Assembly (NCBI RefSeq): GCF_011745625.1
Contig: NW_027191481.1
Location: 1 to 64,000, forward strand
Direction: 5' to 3'
Length of the DNA: 64,000 nucleotides
From: Cladosporium halotolerans
Taxonomy: Eukaryota
Part shown: one piece after another, positions 12,547 to 24,465 of the stretch
How positions within the stretch are numbered: the first letter of the stretch is position 1
How the letters are laid out: every line of letters begins with the position of its first letter
Program-made: the position numbers and the translations under genes
The notes under the pieces: generated by a model
Databases searched by the model: none
The model's input: the letters and a program-made list of their open reading frames with translations, nothing else
What the model was told of the DNA's origin: nothing

Positions 12547-13524
12547 ATGAACATCATCGCCACTGGCATCCGGCCGAGATTTGCCTCGATTCCCAACAAG
12601 ACTCTCCTGTGCAATAAACACATTTTCAGGACAATGGCGACCACCGCCAGCGACTCTCCGCGCAAGCTGCGCATTCTAATGCTCCACGGATACACGCAAT
12701 CAGGTCCTCTCTTCCACGCCAAAACAAAAGCCCTCGAAAAGTCTCTCGCCAAAGCCTTCCCCGCCGCTCCAGCACAGGGCCACCTTGCCACTCACCCCGG
12801 CGGAATCGAACTACACTATCCCACAGCGCCAATCAAGCTTTCCTACTCCGACATCCCTGGAGCCGCAACCGATCTCGAGGGCGACGACTCGCCCGAAGCC
12901 TACGGGTGGTGGCGTCGCAAAGGCGAGGGCGAGCCGTACACGTACGAAGGCATGGACCGCGGCCTCGCGACGATTGCCGAAACGATGCAGCGCGACGGAC
13001 CTTTTGATGGCGTGATTGGCTTCTCGCAGGGTGGCGCGGCCGCCGGCATGGTTGCTGCGCTCCTGGAAGATGGTCGCCGGGCGGCGTTCGAGGCTGCGCA
13101 GTCGAAGGGTGGCATGCGGTTTCCGGACTCGTTCACGCGGGATTCTGGCTACATCGAGGAAGCGGTGCAGGCGCCGCTCAAGTTTGCCGTTTCGTATTCC
13201 GGTTTTGGCGCGAGTACGAATGCAATGTACCAGGCGTTCTATGAGCCGTTGATTGAGACGCCAATGATGCATTTTCTGGGCTCGCTGGATACAGTTGTGT
13301 CTGAGGAGCGGTCGTTGAGGTTGGTGGAAGCATGTAAGGATGGCAGAGGAAAGGACGGTAAAGTGCAAAGGGTTGTCTATCATCCTGGCGGCCACTTTTT
13401 GCCGAGCAGTCAAAAGCAGTATGTTGCTGCATTGGTTGCGTTCATCCGGGAGGTCATGAGCGAGCAGGCGGGATCAGCGCAGAAGAAAGAGGAGCGCGTG
13501 GAAGACATGGATCTTCCATTCTAG
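12547..13524 (+). CDS. FSH1/OVCA2-family serine hydrolase
   Basis: Motifs RILMLHGYTQSG, GPFDGVIGFSQG (nucleophile GxSxG), HFLGSLDTVV and HPGGHFLP. A second in-frame ATG lies at 12634. Confidence 0.92.
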   Translation: MNIIATGIRPRFASIPNKTLLCNKHIFRTMATTASDSPRKLRILMLHGYTQSGPLFHAKTKALEKSLAKAFPAAPAQGHLATHPGGIELHYPTAPIKLSYSDIPGAATDLEGDDSPEAYGWWRRKGEGEPYTYEGMDRGLATIAETMQRDGPFDGVIGFSQGGAAAGMVAALLEDGRRAAFEAAQSKGGMRFPDSFTRDSGYIEEAVQAPLKFAVSYSGFGASTNAMYQAFYEPLIETPMMHFLGSLDTVVSEERSLRLVEACKDGRGKDGKVQRVVYHPGGHFLPSSQKQYVAALVAFIREVMSEQAGSAQKKEERVEDMDLPF

Positions 13525-13729
13525 TGAAATTTTTCAAGTGTGATTGAGGTAGCAGAGCGCGGCGTCGAGATCATAAGAGTATACAAGTATAGATGAGTGG
13601 CCTTGCTTGGCCAAGTTCGCTTGCTAAGTGATTACCGCTAAACGCTGGGCATCGAAAAAACATTAGGATTACTGGCCCGTGGGAATATGTATGGGCTTGT
13701 ATGTGTACATAAAACTGCTAGACCTGGTC

Positions 13730-15682
13730 TCATCGAGCAGGCAGCTGTTGCATCTCAACGCTGTATCTGCCACGGCCCGCCTTCCTGTCCTTCAGCGTAC
13801 TTGTGTTGCCGAAACGCATATCGCCTTCAAGGTAGGGAGCCTTGAATTGCATGTAGCTGGACATGCGCGGGCGCACAAGGACAAAGTACCAGTTCTTAAA
13901 CCAACTCTGAAGGGCAAACGGTCGGTAGCGATCCTTCTTTGCAAACTTCTTGCTGTTGATATATTCGCGGGTGGTCTCGCCGCGGGCCATCAAGAAGACA
14001 TGGTAGGCTGTCAAGCAAGCCGGGAAAAGGAACGCCAAGCATCCGTAGATTATCATTGCGAATGCGACGCGCTCTGAGGTACCGCCTTGCGTGATTGCTT
14101 GACGGAAAGCCTGAGCTCCAAAATCCCAGGTGCCAAGCTCGTTGAGTGATGTATAGCGTGCGAGGTGGAGCACGGAGAAGACGATCAGCAGAATGGTCAA
14201 GATGGATGCTGCGACGATGAAGGAAAAGAAGTAGCGATAGTTGCGACGGCCTACACAGTTGTTGAGCCAGGCGCAGTGATGGTCATGTGTTTCCACGCAT
14301 CCATCGCATTCGCGACAGTGGTGCGAACGTAGAGGCCGCCAAATCTTGCACGCATTACAGTACTTTTGAGGTACTTCCAATGCCGGAGCGTGCTGGGCAC
14401 CTTCGAGGTCTCGTGCTGCTGCTGGCTTGGCGTTACGAACAGTAACCCAGTTGGTCGTCGAAGGACCTTGAACAAGTGGGTCGCGCTCCTCTTCCGGGTT
14501 GGGTGGGTGTGGGTGTAAATTTCGAGGTAGGATTCCAGGATCGGAAAGAGCAGAGCGGAGAAAAGAGCTCATCGTAAGGTAGAAAAGGTAGGCAAAGATA
14601 ATCGGGAGAGCCGGGCTAACATTGTGCCACAAAAAGGGTGCGGAGAAAATGAAGAAGAGAACAGAAGGTAAGACGGCGAGAGTACCAGTGAAGACACAGA
14701 GCGGTTTGGCCTTGGCATTCATCAATCGCCCGCCAAGAAAGAAACACATGTTGCCGGCGTAGTATTCATGATTTTTGCCCTCTCCCTTTGGCGACTCTTT
14801 TGCTGAAAGAGGTGGTTTCGAGACCGCATTGGCTGGGGATGATGGCTCAGAGTGAAGCTGCTGATGGTGTTCTGATGGCCTCAGGCGGAGCGAGTCTCTG
14901 ACCGACTTTGCGGGAGAGCGTGGCGTGCTGTTATGTGTGCCAGGAATAGGCAGTCCAGGTTGTACACGGAGGCTGGCCGGTTGACTTGGTTTAGTATTTA
15001 GAGGCGCCGTGCTGGTGCCGCTGGTGACGCTTATTGCGTTGTTGACATCTTGGGTTCCATCCGTCCCTCTGCTCACAGGGAGAGGGGGAGCGTCGTGCTC
15101 AGTTGCAGACGGGGTAGCGCCGTCCCGGAGTGTATTGACAGACGCATTGCTGTAGCGATGCGGCCGCTCTTCAATCGTGTTCCTCTGACCTCTCTGAGCC
15201 TGTAGCGTAACACTGCTCATAGGGTTTGCAAAACCAGAAGCCGTCAATGTCGGGACATGAGTCCTGTTGATCGAAGATGTAGGGCGATCCTGTTCACCAC
15301 GTCTGCTTCCACTTGGACTCGCTATTGACGCTGCCAGGCCTCTCCGTGAAGGGGGCGGTTGTAATGAAGAGCGGACGCTGGCTCTTTGGGGAGGCTTCGT
15401 TCCGATACTGCTCGGCCTACTAGGTGGAAGGCCGGGCTCGCCGACTGGCCCAGTCACCGAAGGTACTTGGCTCTGTGATGCATTGGTACGTGTAGGTGTG
15501 GTAGGCGTTTGCGGTTCATGCGTAGCGCCAACCGAAGGCGCATTCGTAGTAGTGGTGCTTGCGGAGCCTGGGCGGCTGTCCGGGTTCGCTGATGGGTAAG
15601 GATCGGTGTCAAGGAAAGCAGGGAATGCAGATGTCTCAGTCATTTGGGTGTTGGAAGGATCGTCGGTGGTTTTGGGAGCCAT
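13730..15682 (-). CDS. ERF2: DHHC palmitoyltransferase, Erf2-like
   Basis: SDPGILPRN, CNACKIWRPLRSHHCRECDGCVETHDHHCAWLNNCVGRRNYRYFF and GETTRE motifs, four TM segments and a long disordered N-terminus. Confidence 0.92.
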   Translation of the reverse strand: MAPKTTDDPSNTQMTETSAFPAFLDTDPYPSANPDSRPGSASTTTTNAPSVGATHEPQTPTTPTRTNASQSQVPSVTGPVGEPGLPPSRPSSIGTKPPQRASVRSSLQPPPSRRGLAASIASPSGSRRGEQDRPTSSINRTHVPTLTASGFANPMSSVTLQAQRGQRNTIEERPHRYSNASVNTLRDGATPSATEHDAPPLPVSRGTDGTQDVNNAISVTSGTSTAPLNTKPSQPASLRVQPGLPIPGTHNSTPRSPAKSVRDSLRLRPSEHHQQLHSEPSSPANAVSKPPLSAKESPKGEGKNHEYYAGNMCFFLGGRLMNAKAKPLCVFTGTLAVLPSVLFFIFSAPFLWHNVSPALPIIFAYLFYLTMSSFLRSALSDPGILPRNLHPHPPNPEEERDPLVQGPSTTNWVTVRNAKPAAARDLEGAQHAPALEVPQKYCNACKIWRPLRSHHCRECDGCVETHDHHCAWLNNCVGRRNYRYFFSFIVAASILTILLIVFSVLHLARYTSLNELGTWDFGAQAFRQAITQGGTSERVAFAMIIYGCLAFLFPACLTAYHVFLMARGETTREYINSKKFAKKDRYRPFALQSWFKNWYFVLVRPRMSSYMQFKAPYLEGDMRFGNTSTLKDRKAGRGRYSVEMQQLPAR

Positions 15683-16077
15683 GGCTGGGTATGATGCACA
15701 GATTCGTCTTGTTGCGGATTGAAGGTCGTGAAGCTGTTTTACCACGTCCTAGCGGTTTCGCAGTGCATCTAGCGCAGTCGCGCAGGCCGGATCAAGTCGC
15801 CGTATACACCCCCAGCCTCCATTAGCACGGGCGGTGCTTGCGTCGCGAGTCTTGCTCGGTCGGAGGAAGACACACCTCAGCTTAGGGGCTGCGCAAGGGC
15901 AAACAGATCCCGCTTCTTACCCTAACCCTGGTCCACGCCAAGCTCAGGCCGGCTCCGTCCCGGGAGCTTTCAGCGAGGCCTCGCAACGACTCCCGCATTC
16001 ACGTCACGCAGTCGCACCATTCTCTCCCTCACTCTCCGCTCCAAACCCTCGCATCCGCCGAGACCAAATCTTCCGAA

Positions 16078-16725
16078 ATGAACGTCTTCACCCGTAGAGC
16101 AGCTTTCGCCGCTGCCCGCGCCCCCGTGCGCACCACCCGCCGCCAGGCCTCCGGCGTCACCTCTGGCGCAGTCCCCAAGGAGGACAGGAAGGCCGATGCC
16201 AGCGCCGTCAAGAAGGGTGCCAAGCGCGACCCCGAGCTCTACGTACGCCTACCGAATATTTGTCGCGACCATTGAGCGGCTCATGCGCCGCTTCTGCTTT
16301 CAATGCGAAGACTGACCGGGCCGTGTTTCACAGGTCCTTCTTGCGATCATGTCTGGCGCTTTCGGTCTCGCCGGCTGGCACTTCAGCTCCAACCCCACCT
16401 CCTCCAGCAGCGAGAACAAGATTGGCAAGGCTGAGGGTACCGAGCCCTGGAAGACTGGCCGTGACGCCGCTTACCAGTACCACCCGCACGGCGACCCCAG
16501 CAAGGGCCGCAAGGACGCCCCCAGCGCCCTGAACGAGGTCATCATCCCGAACGTGAACCTGCCCAAGGTGAGTTTACCATTCGCTGAAACGGAGAGCACA
16601 CGATCGCAAGAGAACGAGAGGAAGAGCGAGGACATTCTGGATTGGCTGTTAAGTGGAGAGTGGCTGACGTTTGGCTCCAGTCGCTTCACGAGAAGTACAA
16701 CAAGTGGGGCAAGGAGGGCTTCTAA
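16078..16725 (+). CDS. Small mitochondrial membrane protein (NDUFA4/B12D-like fungal family), 3 exons
   Basis: Presequence-like MNVFTRRAAFAAARAPVRTTRRQAS, then KRDPELY|VLLAIMSGAFGLAGWHF (TM), EPW and YQYHPHGDP. Introns at ~16243-16332 and 16568-16680. The family call is from memory of the motif. Confidence 0.75.
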
Positions 16726-17828
16726 GTGCCTCATGTTTGAAAATACAAGATGTGTAAATATCAAGAGTTCCGAAGGCCGAATAGAGCGATTTCCTTTGTG
16801 TCGTAACACGACCGTACCCGATTATTTTCCACCTGTGACGAGGCAAATCTGGAGTTTCAACTCTACCTAGATATCTCGAGGTTCTTGCACCTCTCCCTCC
16901 AAGGAAGGACTCGCATGAACGGCGATGTAATTCGCTTACTTACAGGCGTGTTCTCATTCGCCCCAGCTCGGAAGCCTCGCTCTTAGCACCAGACGACGTC
17001 CAGACATGTCAACTGCTCTCGGTTGCAGCACTCATGGTGCGTTTCCGGATTGCGCCCCATTGCGAACGCTGTTCAAGGACTTACTTGATACTTGAAGTTC
17101 GCATTTCAATGACTTTCTTAATGCTTGAGGTTCGCTTGATACAGCAGTTCGAAGGCTCATAGTCCGCGTGAGTAAACGAATCGCAACTCGCAGCAAAAAT
17201 CACTTGGGGAGGACTGGCATCGCTATCTCTCAGATCCTTGTGGGCGTCGAAGTGTGCTCTGTGACCGTGCAAACGCTATGATTGGTATCGATCGTTACGG
17301 AACAGGACGTGGATGTCATTGACTCACCGGGGCAGGCCAGCAGATAAGAGCCGCTACACAGGCCTTCCAATTCATGCTTACAATCCATTAGCATCGGGAA
17401 TTGCCATGTGTAACGGAAAGTTGCTGGAATCGAAGACATGTAGGTATATATAGTTTACTCCACATGCAGTTTCTAATTCCGAAGATAAGGTAGCGATTAG
17501 CTTCATGGACACCTGCATTCTGTTTCGAAATGCAGGGTCTTCCAGTAGCTCATCTATGCAACGCTATCATTGAAGATTCATGTGATTCGCCGGTTCCGAA
17601 CCGTACGAGTATGATCTTCACCTTTTCACTACACGCCTCATCATCTCATAACGAAGGTGGTGCACCTTGATGCAAAGCTTTCGGCACGTCCCGCCCTCGG
17701 TGGTGTCTGAAGTCGAAGGTACCTGAATCTTTGAGACTTCTCACATTTCCATCTCCGTTTCTGTCTAATCACGTTTTCCACTTCGGCATCTCGACTTCTT
17801 TTTGGCTCGCTTACGTGAGCCCATCTGG

Positions 17829-20800
17829 ATGCGTATCGGTTTGATTGCGAACCTAAGGACCGCGACACAAGCGCTTGGGAACACCAGGCGCAACGCTTTC
17901 GCATCGTCATCACGGAGCCTTACGCTACAGCATTCGCCATTCACCTCGTTTCGCAACGTCTTTCCAGTCCGGCGTCTTTCACGATCGATTACGCCATCTT
18001 TTACTATCGCAACGTGCGCTACACGTGCATTCACTAGCAAACACTCGCTCGGGGATTCAAAAGCCACGGCCATGGACCACCACAATCATGTCGCGAAGCG
18101 CAAAGAACCTCCCACTTCCAATTCCGATCGCCCGATGAAGCAAGTACGACAAGACCAGCTTTCGCCGCCGCCTGCAGCCGCAGAGCAATATGCGAATGGC
18201 GCATCTGCAGATGCTTCCTTGAACGATACCCCGAACGGCTACGCATCGCCTGAGCACGAGGAGGTGGAAGAGCTAGTACATGCTGCGACGGCCGAGTCGG
18301 CCGAGTGGCAGGCGACCATCGAGAAGGTGGTGAAGAACGTTGTCAGCATTCACTTCTGTCAGACTGCCAGCTTCGATACGGACTCGGCCATTTCGAGCGA
18401 GGCGACGGGTTTCGTTGTGGATGCTAAGAGGGGATACATCTTGACGAACAGGCATGTTGTCGGCGCGGGTCCTTTCTGGGGTTACTGTATCTTCGACAAC
18501 CATGAGGAGTGCGATGTGCACCCCGTCTATCGCGATCCCGTGCACGACTTTGGTATTCTGCGATTCGACCCGAAGGCGGTCAAATACATGGCGTTGGACC
18601 AGCTCGAGTTGCGACCGGACATGGCGAAGATTGGTTCGGAGATCAGAGTTGTCGGTAACGATGCCGGAGAGAAGCTCAGTATTCTTTCGGGTGTGATCTC
18701 GAGGCTGGACAGGAATGCGCCGGAATACGGCGAGGGATACAGCGATTTCAACACAAACTACATCCAGGCTGCTGCAGCCGCGTCAGGTGGATCTTCAGGA
18801 TCGCCTGTGGTCAACATCGATGGCTTTGCGATCGCGCTCCAGGCTGGTGGTAGATCAGATGGTGCTGCGACCGATTACTTCCTTCCTCTGGATCGCCCAC
18901 GGAGAGCGTTGGAGTGCATCAGGGCAGGGAAGCCCGTGGACCGCGGCACGATCCAAACACAATGGATGCTCAAGGCCTTCGACGAGTGTAGGAGACTTGG
19001 ACTAAGCCCAGAATGGGAGGCGAAGGTCAGGGCGGAGTTCCCGAAAGAGACTGGCATGCTGGTGGCGGAGGTCATTCTTCCTGATGGGCCTGCGGACACC
19101 CATGTCGAGGAAGGCGATGTGTTGGTCAAGGTCAACGGCGAGCTCCTGACCCAGTTCACGAAGCTGGATGATATCCTGGACTCAAGCGTTGGCCAGAAAG
19201 TCAAGCTTCTCGTGCAGCGCGGAGGACAGGACGTTGAAGTTGAGCTTGATGTGGGCGACCTTCATATGATCACACCCGATCGCTACGTCGCCGTTGCCGG
19301 AGCATCCTTCCACAACCTGTCCTACCAACAAGCTCGCTATTACGCGGTCACCCTGAAGAACCCTGGTGTCTACTGCTGTGAGGCCACCGGCTCTTTCCGT
19401 TTCGACGGTTCGGAATACGGCTGGCTCATTCAATCTATCGACAATAAGCCCACTCCGGATCTGGACACTTTCATTGAAGTCATGAAGGCTATTCCCGATC
19501 GTAGCAGAGTCGTCGTAACGTACAAGCACCTCCGAGACATGCATACACTGAACACTAGCATTCTCCTCGTGGACAGACATTGGAGCAAGAGCATGAAGAT
19601 GGCGATCCGCAACGACGAGACTGGTCTGTGGGATTTCACTGATCTCGCTGCACCTGTCCCGCCTGTTGCGCCAGTACCAAGGAAGGCCAATTTCGTCAAG
19701 ATGGAAGGCGCTCAGCACCCTGCGGCTGTTGACATCATCCGTTCGTTCGTTCGTGTTGGTGCCACTATGCCACTTCGCATTGACGGTTTCCCTCGATCTC
19801 GCAAGGTCGGTTTCGGTCTGGTCATCGATGCGGAGAAAGGTCTGGTCGTTGTCAGCCGTGCTATTGTTCCTTACGACATGTGCGACATCAGCGTGACCAT
19901 CGCTGACAGCATCATTGTGGAGGGTAAGGTTGTGTTCATGCACCCTCTTCAGAACTATGCCATCATCAAATATGACCCAAGCCTTGTACAGGCCCCGGTC
20001 AAGAGCGCCAAGCTATCCGACAAGCCGATCAAGCAGGGCGAGACTACCATCTTCTTTGGTTTCAATCAGAACTACCGTCCGGTTGTGGCCAAGACTGCCG
20101 TCACCGACATCACCACAGTCGCTATCCCAGCTAGCGCTGCGACACCTCGCTACCGTGCTGTCAACCTCGACGCCATCACCGTCGACACCAGCTTGAGCGG
20201 TCAATGTGGAAGTGGTGTCCTTGTGGCCGAGGACGGCACTGTGCAAGCTCTCTGGCTTACGTATCTGGGCGAGCGGACCGGCCACAGCAATAAGGATGTT
20301 GAATATCACCTCGGCTTCGCTACGCCAGCTCTTCTGCCCGTCATCAACGAAATCAAGTCCGGCAACAAGCCCAACCTTCGCATCCTGAACCTCGAGACCC
20401 AGACCGTCCAAATGTCCCAATGTCGCATCATGGGCGTTGACGAAAAGTGGATCGAGCGCGTCGAGCACGAGGACCCAGAGCGCCACCAGCTCTTCATGGT
20501 CCGCAAGGTCGACGCTGGTAACGTTGGCGGTCTCGCGGAAGGCGACATCATCCTCACGCTTAACGACAAGCTCATCACCCGCGTGTCTGACCTTGACATC
20601 ATGTATAGCAACGACGTGCTCGACGCCGTCGTCGTGCGCAAGCAGGAGGAGCTCCGCCTGCAGATCCCGACAGTCCCTACGTCGGAGCTCGAGACAGACC
20701 GCGTTGTCGTCTTCTGCGGCGCCGTCCTGCACCGCCCGCACCACGCCGTGCGCCAGCAGATCAGCAAGGTCCACAGCGACATCTACATCGTGGCGCGCAT

Positions 20801-21146
20801 GCGCGGCTCGCCGGCGTACGCGTACGGCCTGGCGCCGACGAACTTCATTATGGCTGTGAATGCAGTCCCCACGCCGGATCTGGAGTCTTTCATCAGGGAG
20901 ACGAACAAGATCAAGGACAACACTTACTTCCGCTTGACGATGATGACATTCGACAACCAGAAGTGGGTCGCTTGCTTGAAGTCCAACCACCACTACTTCC
21001 CTACTGTGGACTTCATCAAGGATCCTAGTGTGAGAGAAGGCTGGAGGAGGGTGCAGTATGAGGATGGCGAAGCCAAGAAGGGTGTGGGTGAGGCTACTGC
21101 GGCTCAGGAGGAGGTCGAGCCTGGTGAGAACGAAATGGAGGAGTAA
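17829..21146 (+). CDS. NMA111: HtrA-like pro-apoptotic serine protease Nma111/Ynm3
   Basis: Motifs [23 protein letters not shown] and SGGSSGSPV (catalytic Ser), with duplicated protease and PDZ architecture. The conventional start is ATG 18072; an upstream in-frame ATG is at 17829. Confidence 0.96.
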   Translation: MRIGLIANLRTATQALGNTRRNAFASSSRSLTLQHSPFTSFRNVFPVRRLSRSITPSFTIATCATRAFTSKHSLGDSKATAMDHHNHVAKRKEPPTSNSDRPMKQVRQDQLSPPPAAAEQYANGASADASLNDTPNGYASPEHEEVEELVHAATAESAEWQATIEKVVKNVVSIHFCQTASFDTDSAISSEATGFVVDAKRGYILTNRHVVGAGPFWGYCIFDNHEECDVHPVYRDPVHDFGILRFDPKAVKYMALDQLELRPDMAKIGSEIRVVGNDAGEKLSILSGVISRLDRNAPEYGEGYSDFNTNYIQAAAAASGGSSGSPVVNIDGFAIALQAGGRSDGAATDYFLPLDRPRRALECIRAGKPVDRGTIQTQWMLKAFDECRRLGLSPEWEAKVRAEFPKETGMLVAEVILPDGPADTHVEEGDVLVKVNGELLTQFTKLDDILDSSVGQKVKLLVQRGGQDVEVELDVGDLHMITPDRYVAVAGASFHNLSYQQARYYAVTLKNPGVYCCEATGSFRFDGSEYGWLIQSIDNKPTPDLDTFIEVMKAIPDRSRVVVTYKHLRDMHTLNTSILLVDRHWSKSMKMAIRNDETGLWDFTDLAAPVPPVAPVPRKANFVKMEGAQHPAAVDIIRSFVRVGATMPLRIDGFPRSRKVGFGLVIDAEKGLVVVSRAIVPYDMCDISVTIADSIIVEGKVVFMHPLQNYAIIKYDPSLVQAPVKSAKLSDKPIKQGETTIFFGFNQNYRPVVAKTAVTDITTVAIPASAATPRYRAVNLDAITVDTSLSGQCGSGVLVAEDGTVQALWLTYLGERTGHSNKDVEYHLGFATPALLPVINEIKSGNKPNLRILNLETQTVQMSQCRIMGVDEKWIERVEHEDPERHQLFMVRKVDAGNVGGLAEGDIILTLNDKLITRVSDLDIMYSNDVLDAVVVRKQEELRLQIPTVPTSELETDRVVVFCGAVLHRPHHAVRQQISKVHSDIYIVARMRGSPAYAYGLAPTNFIMAVNAVPTPDLESFIRETNKIKDNTYFRLTMMTFDNQKWVACLKSNHHYFPTVDFIKDPSVREGWRRVQYEDGEAKKGVGEATAAQEEVEPGENEMEE

Positions 21147-21558
21147 ACGGGGCCAAAGGTCGGTCAACGCTGAACTGTACGAAAGAAGTATATCCTACTG
21201 GCATTATGCTTGCATGAGACTTGCATAAACGTAGAATTGTGTACATATCCAAAAGAATTGCATTCGCTGTGTTCATTTACAAGCATTTCCGTTGGCCGAG
21301 CTGACTTGATTGACTACACCTCTCCTCACGCTGACAGGAGGATTTTAATATACTCAATAGTCCTCTCGCAAAGTCATTGCGGAATGGCGAGGATGCCTTG
21401 AAGCCGCGTCCCTCCAGTGCCATGACCGACGATTTTGTTCCTCTGGGAAGAACACCTGAACAGCGCTCCAAATTTTACATGTGTATCCTGTTTTGATCTA
21501 CAATGCCATAATCCCCAAACCGTAAGCCCCTTTCCAAATGTTCATACACATTCTTCCC

Positions 21559-22710
21559 TTAACTAGCGCCATGATCCGCCTTCCACTTCGTCCAAATCGG
21601 AGCCGGCACGCTCAAGATCTTACAGATATCCCTCCGCTTCACGCGGAAATCCTCATACAGTCCCTTCCATATCTTCCGTTCCACGCACTCCCCTTTTTCG
21701 TCCGTACACTTGGGCTGGATCTCCGCCAGCGCGTCCGCGGACCACATCGTCCACGGCTTGGGCAGCGGCCAGTCGCTGAAGTGCACAAGAGCCGCCTCTT
21801 CGAGTGCCTTCTGCGCGTCCCAGTGTGCGTGTGGCCCGAGGTAGGGCGTGTGGTCTTTGTTGCGGAACTCGGCGGTCAGGAGGGCGTAAGGGCGTTGCGG
21901 GAGGACGAGCGCGGAGGAGCCGTAGCGGTAGTTGAGCAGGTCCATGTCGTATTTCTTGCCGTCGCCGTGCGTCGTGACGTTCGGATCCGTGCGCCAGGAT
22001 GTCAGGGTCTCGAGGAGGACCTTGAACTCGGCGCGGTTGGGTTCGAGGAGGAGGAGAAGGGAGGTGAGGGGCCAGGGTTGCGACTGGTTGGGGTCGGGAC
22101 TCGGCACGTCGGCCCAGTAGGCGCGCGGCATAGCAACGGGGGCGGAGGGGAGGAGGAAGAGGTGGTCGAGGTTTTTGAGGAGGGTGAGGTCGGCATCGAG
22201 TTGGAGGACGCGATTGTAAGGGGTGAGCTCGAAGGCGCGTAGCTTCGTGATGCTGGAGTCCCAGCTGGATTCGGTGTCTAGGTCGCCTGGTGTGGTGGCT
22301 CCATCTTGTCCCAGCAGCCCAATGGGCAACAAGTTGACCTTGTAGTGGTCGCGGGCGATGTTGAGCAGTTGACTAGTGCGGTCTGTGTTGCTGGCGACGA
22401 ATGTGTCCCATTGCTTGGGATAGAGGAGGACGCGGTCGGCGCGGCTTCCCAGGCGCTTGAGGGAGTCGAACACCAGCAGTGCATTACACAAGCTGTGTGC
22501 GTCGGTGGCGTACAGGCTGTATGCGAAATGATGCCAGTCGACCGCAGGCTCACGAGGGCGCGTGAGAAAGTATAGAACCAACAGAGTGGCGGCGGCGACG
22601 GCGGTCCAATAGATCATGCGCGAGCGACGCAAGGCAGGCCACCGCTTGTCGGGCGTACCATACTGGCGGTAGTAATGCTCGCGGTCGCCCTCGTCGATAT
22701 CAAAAGACAT
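21559..22710 (-). CDS. Glycosyltransferase family 8, Gnt1-like
   Basis: N-terminal TM anchor; motifs FAYSLYAT, LCNALLVF, ADRVLLYP, TKLRAF, RVLQLDAD (DxD), AMPRAYW, YDMDLLN, VHFSDWPLPKPW. Confidence 0.88.
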   Translation of the reverse strand: MSFDIDEGDREHYYRQYGTPDKRWPALRRSRMIYWTAVAAATLLVLYFLTRPREPAVDWHHFAYSLYATDAHSLCNALLVFDSLKRLGSRADRVLLYPKQWDTFVASNTDRTSQLLNIARDHYKVNLLPIGLLGQDGATTPGDLDTESSWDSSITKLRAFELTPYNRVLQLDADLTLLKNLDHLFLLPSAPVAMPRAYWADVPSPDPNQSQPWPLTSLLLLLEPNRAEFKVLLETLTSWRTDPNVTTHGDGKKYDMDLLNYRYGSSALVLPQRPYALLTAEFRNKDHTPYLGPHAHWDAQKALEEAALVHFSDWPLPKPWTMWSADALAEIQPKCTDEKGECVERKIWKGLYEDFRVKRRDICKILSVPAPIWTKWKADHGAS

Positions 22711-23166
22711 GCTATTGTATATACATAACCACAGACAGATTCGAGAAGGAAATCTAGAGTCGCTTATCACAATTCAGGGATCTCCATCCTGCGCCGGCGC
22801 CTGCCGTTCGAGGGGCCGTCCGCGGGCGTCGTCATCGTCTATGGCGTCGATCAGGTACGCTGCAGTGGATGTTCGAGAAGATAATCCGTTGGGTCAAGTG
22901 GAGTCACCAAAACTCCAGTCTATTCGAAGTGAGCAATACTTGCTGAGGAAGAAAACCACCATTTCACACACCCGAGAGCTCCATCTCTTTTCCATAGCGT
23001 GAACTCATTGAAGTCATGGCGGATGGACGGTGCCGGTTGATCCCTTGACGCCAATCGGCACTTCAGCTTCGCCCACGCCGACCCATCAACCTCCACCGGC
23101 CTTTATATCAAAGAGCAGTGACGCAGTTGTTAAATCTATCTGCTCGTATTTATAAGATGGCCTGAG

Positions 23167-24465
23167 ATGCTCTTGCAACCTCCGACGTTCCCCAGTGCGA
23201 GAAGAGCTTTCCTTGTTTTCAACATGCTTGCCGTCGCAGCCGTCATCTTCTACCTCTTCGCCGTCTTTGGTGAAGGGAGGGCAGCGCCTCCGCATCTTGA
23301 TACACCATCGCATCACGACACAGATACAATGGCGCACGATGCAGGAGGCAAACCTACCAGTAATCTCGCCAACTACGCTCTACAAAAAGTTCTCGACGAT
23401 GCCAGCCCCATCTTCGGTCATTTCGAGGAGTCCAGCAAGTCTGATACATCGATTTGGATGAAGGCATACCCAGACGATACCAAGCTTGTCCATATGAACA
23501 TCCCAGGAACTCATGATGCAGCAACCTGGAACTACTCGAAAGCCACCCAACAGCGACTCGAGCCCATCGCTGCTCTAAACGGCATCTCAGAAGTCGACCC
23601 CAACAACTACCGCTGCCAGGACAATCCCTTCATTACCATGCTCAACGACGGCATCCGCGCATTCGACCTGCGCTACGCCCACGACGTCACAAACACAACC
23701 CTCGTCTTCTGGCACGGTATCGGCCTGCAATCGCAAACCGCAACCCTCGACTCCCTCCTCTTCGGCTTCTACGCCTGGCTCGATGCCCACCCCTCCGAAG
23801 CCCTCTTCCTCTCCTTCCAGTTCGAAGGCAACTCGATCCCCAATTCCGCCAACGACCTCAGCGTTCAATCCCTCCTCTACGCCTCCCTCACCTCCCCGGC
23901 CGCAAAACAATACATCTCTCAAACCAACACCCTCGCCACCCTCGGCTCTGCACGCGGCAAAGTCACCCTCCTCCGCCGCTTCGACCTCAATCTCCTCCCC
24001 TCCTCCCAATCTGCCAACTTCCCGGGCCTGCACTTCAGCCCAGCCGACTGGGGCGACAACCCACGCAACAACTCGCTTGTCTACGACGCCGAAACGCAAG
24101 CCGTCGCGCACATCCAGGACTACTACTCGCCCGAAGTCGCCTCGGGCGCCAGCGCGGAAGAGATCATCGGCTCGAAATTTGACGCCTGCACGGATTTCTT
24201 CGACTACGCTGCGTCGGACGCCGCGCCCGACGAGCTCTTCTGGAGCTTTGCGAGCAGCACGAAGATTGGGAATGAGCCGCCGAGCACGCCGAGGATTCAG
24301 GCGCTGGGGAATGGGACGGAGCTTACGCCGGAAGGAGGTGTCAATGATCGATTGGTGGAGTACTTGAAGGGGAAGCAAGGGAAGAGGCTGGGCATTGTGA
24401 TGTTTGATTTCTACGAGCAGCCGGGTGAGCTGCTTGAGACGTTCTTGGGGTTGTCGCCACCATGA
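23167..24465 (+). CDS. PI-PLC X-domain (PLC-like phosphodiesterase) protein, secreted or membrane-anchored
   Basis: Motifs WMKAYPD, MNIPGTHDA, CQ, MLNDGIRAFDLR, WLDAHPSE, TLGSARGKV, IQDYY and LGIVMFDF; hydrophobic N-terminus. Confidence 0.9.
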   Translation: MLLQPPTFPSARRAFLVFNMLAVAAVIFYLFAVFGEGRAAPPHLDTPSHHDTDTMAHDAGGKPTSNLANYALQKVLDDASPIFGHFEESSKSDTSIWMKAYPDDTKLVHMNIPGTHDAATWNYSKATQQRLEPIAALNGISEVDPNNYRCQDNPFITMLNDGIRAFDLRYAHDVTNTTLVFWHGIGLQSQTATLDSLLFGFYAWLDAHPSEALFLSFQFEGNSIPNSANDLSVQSLLYASLTSPAAKQYISQTNTLATLGSARGKVTLLRRFDLNLLPSSQSANFPGLHFSPADWGDNPRNNSLVYDAETQAVAHIQDYYSPEVASGASAEEIIGSKFDACTDFFDYAASDAAPDELFWSFASSTKIGNEPPSTPRIQALGNGTELTPEGGVNDRLVEYLKGKQGKRLGIVMFDFYEQPGELLETFLGLSPP

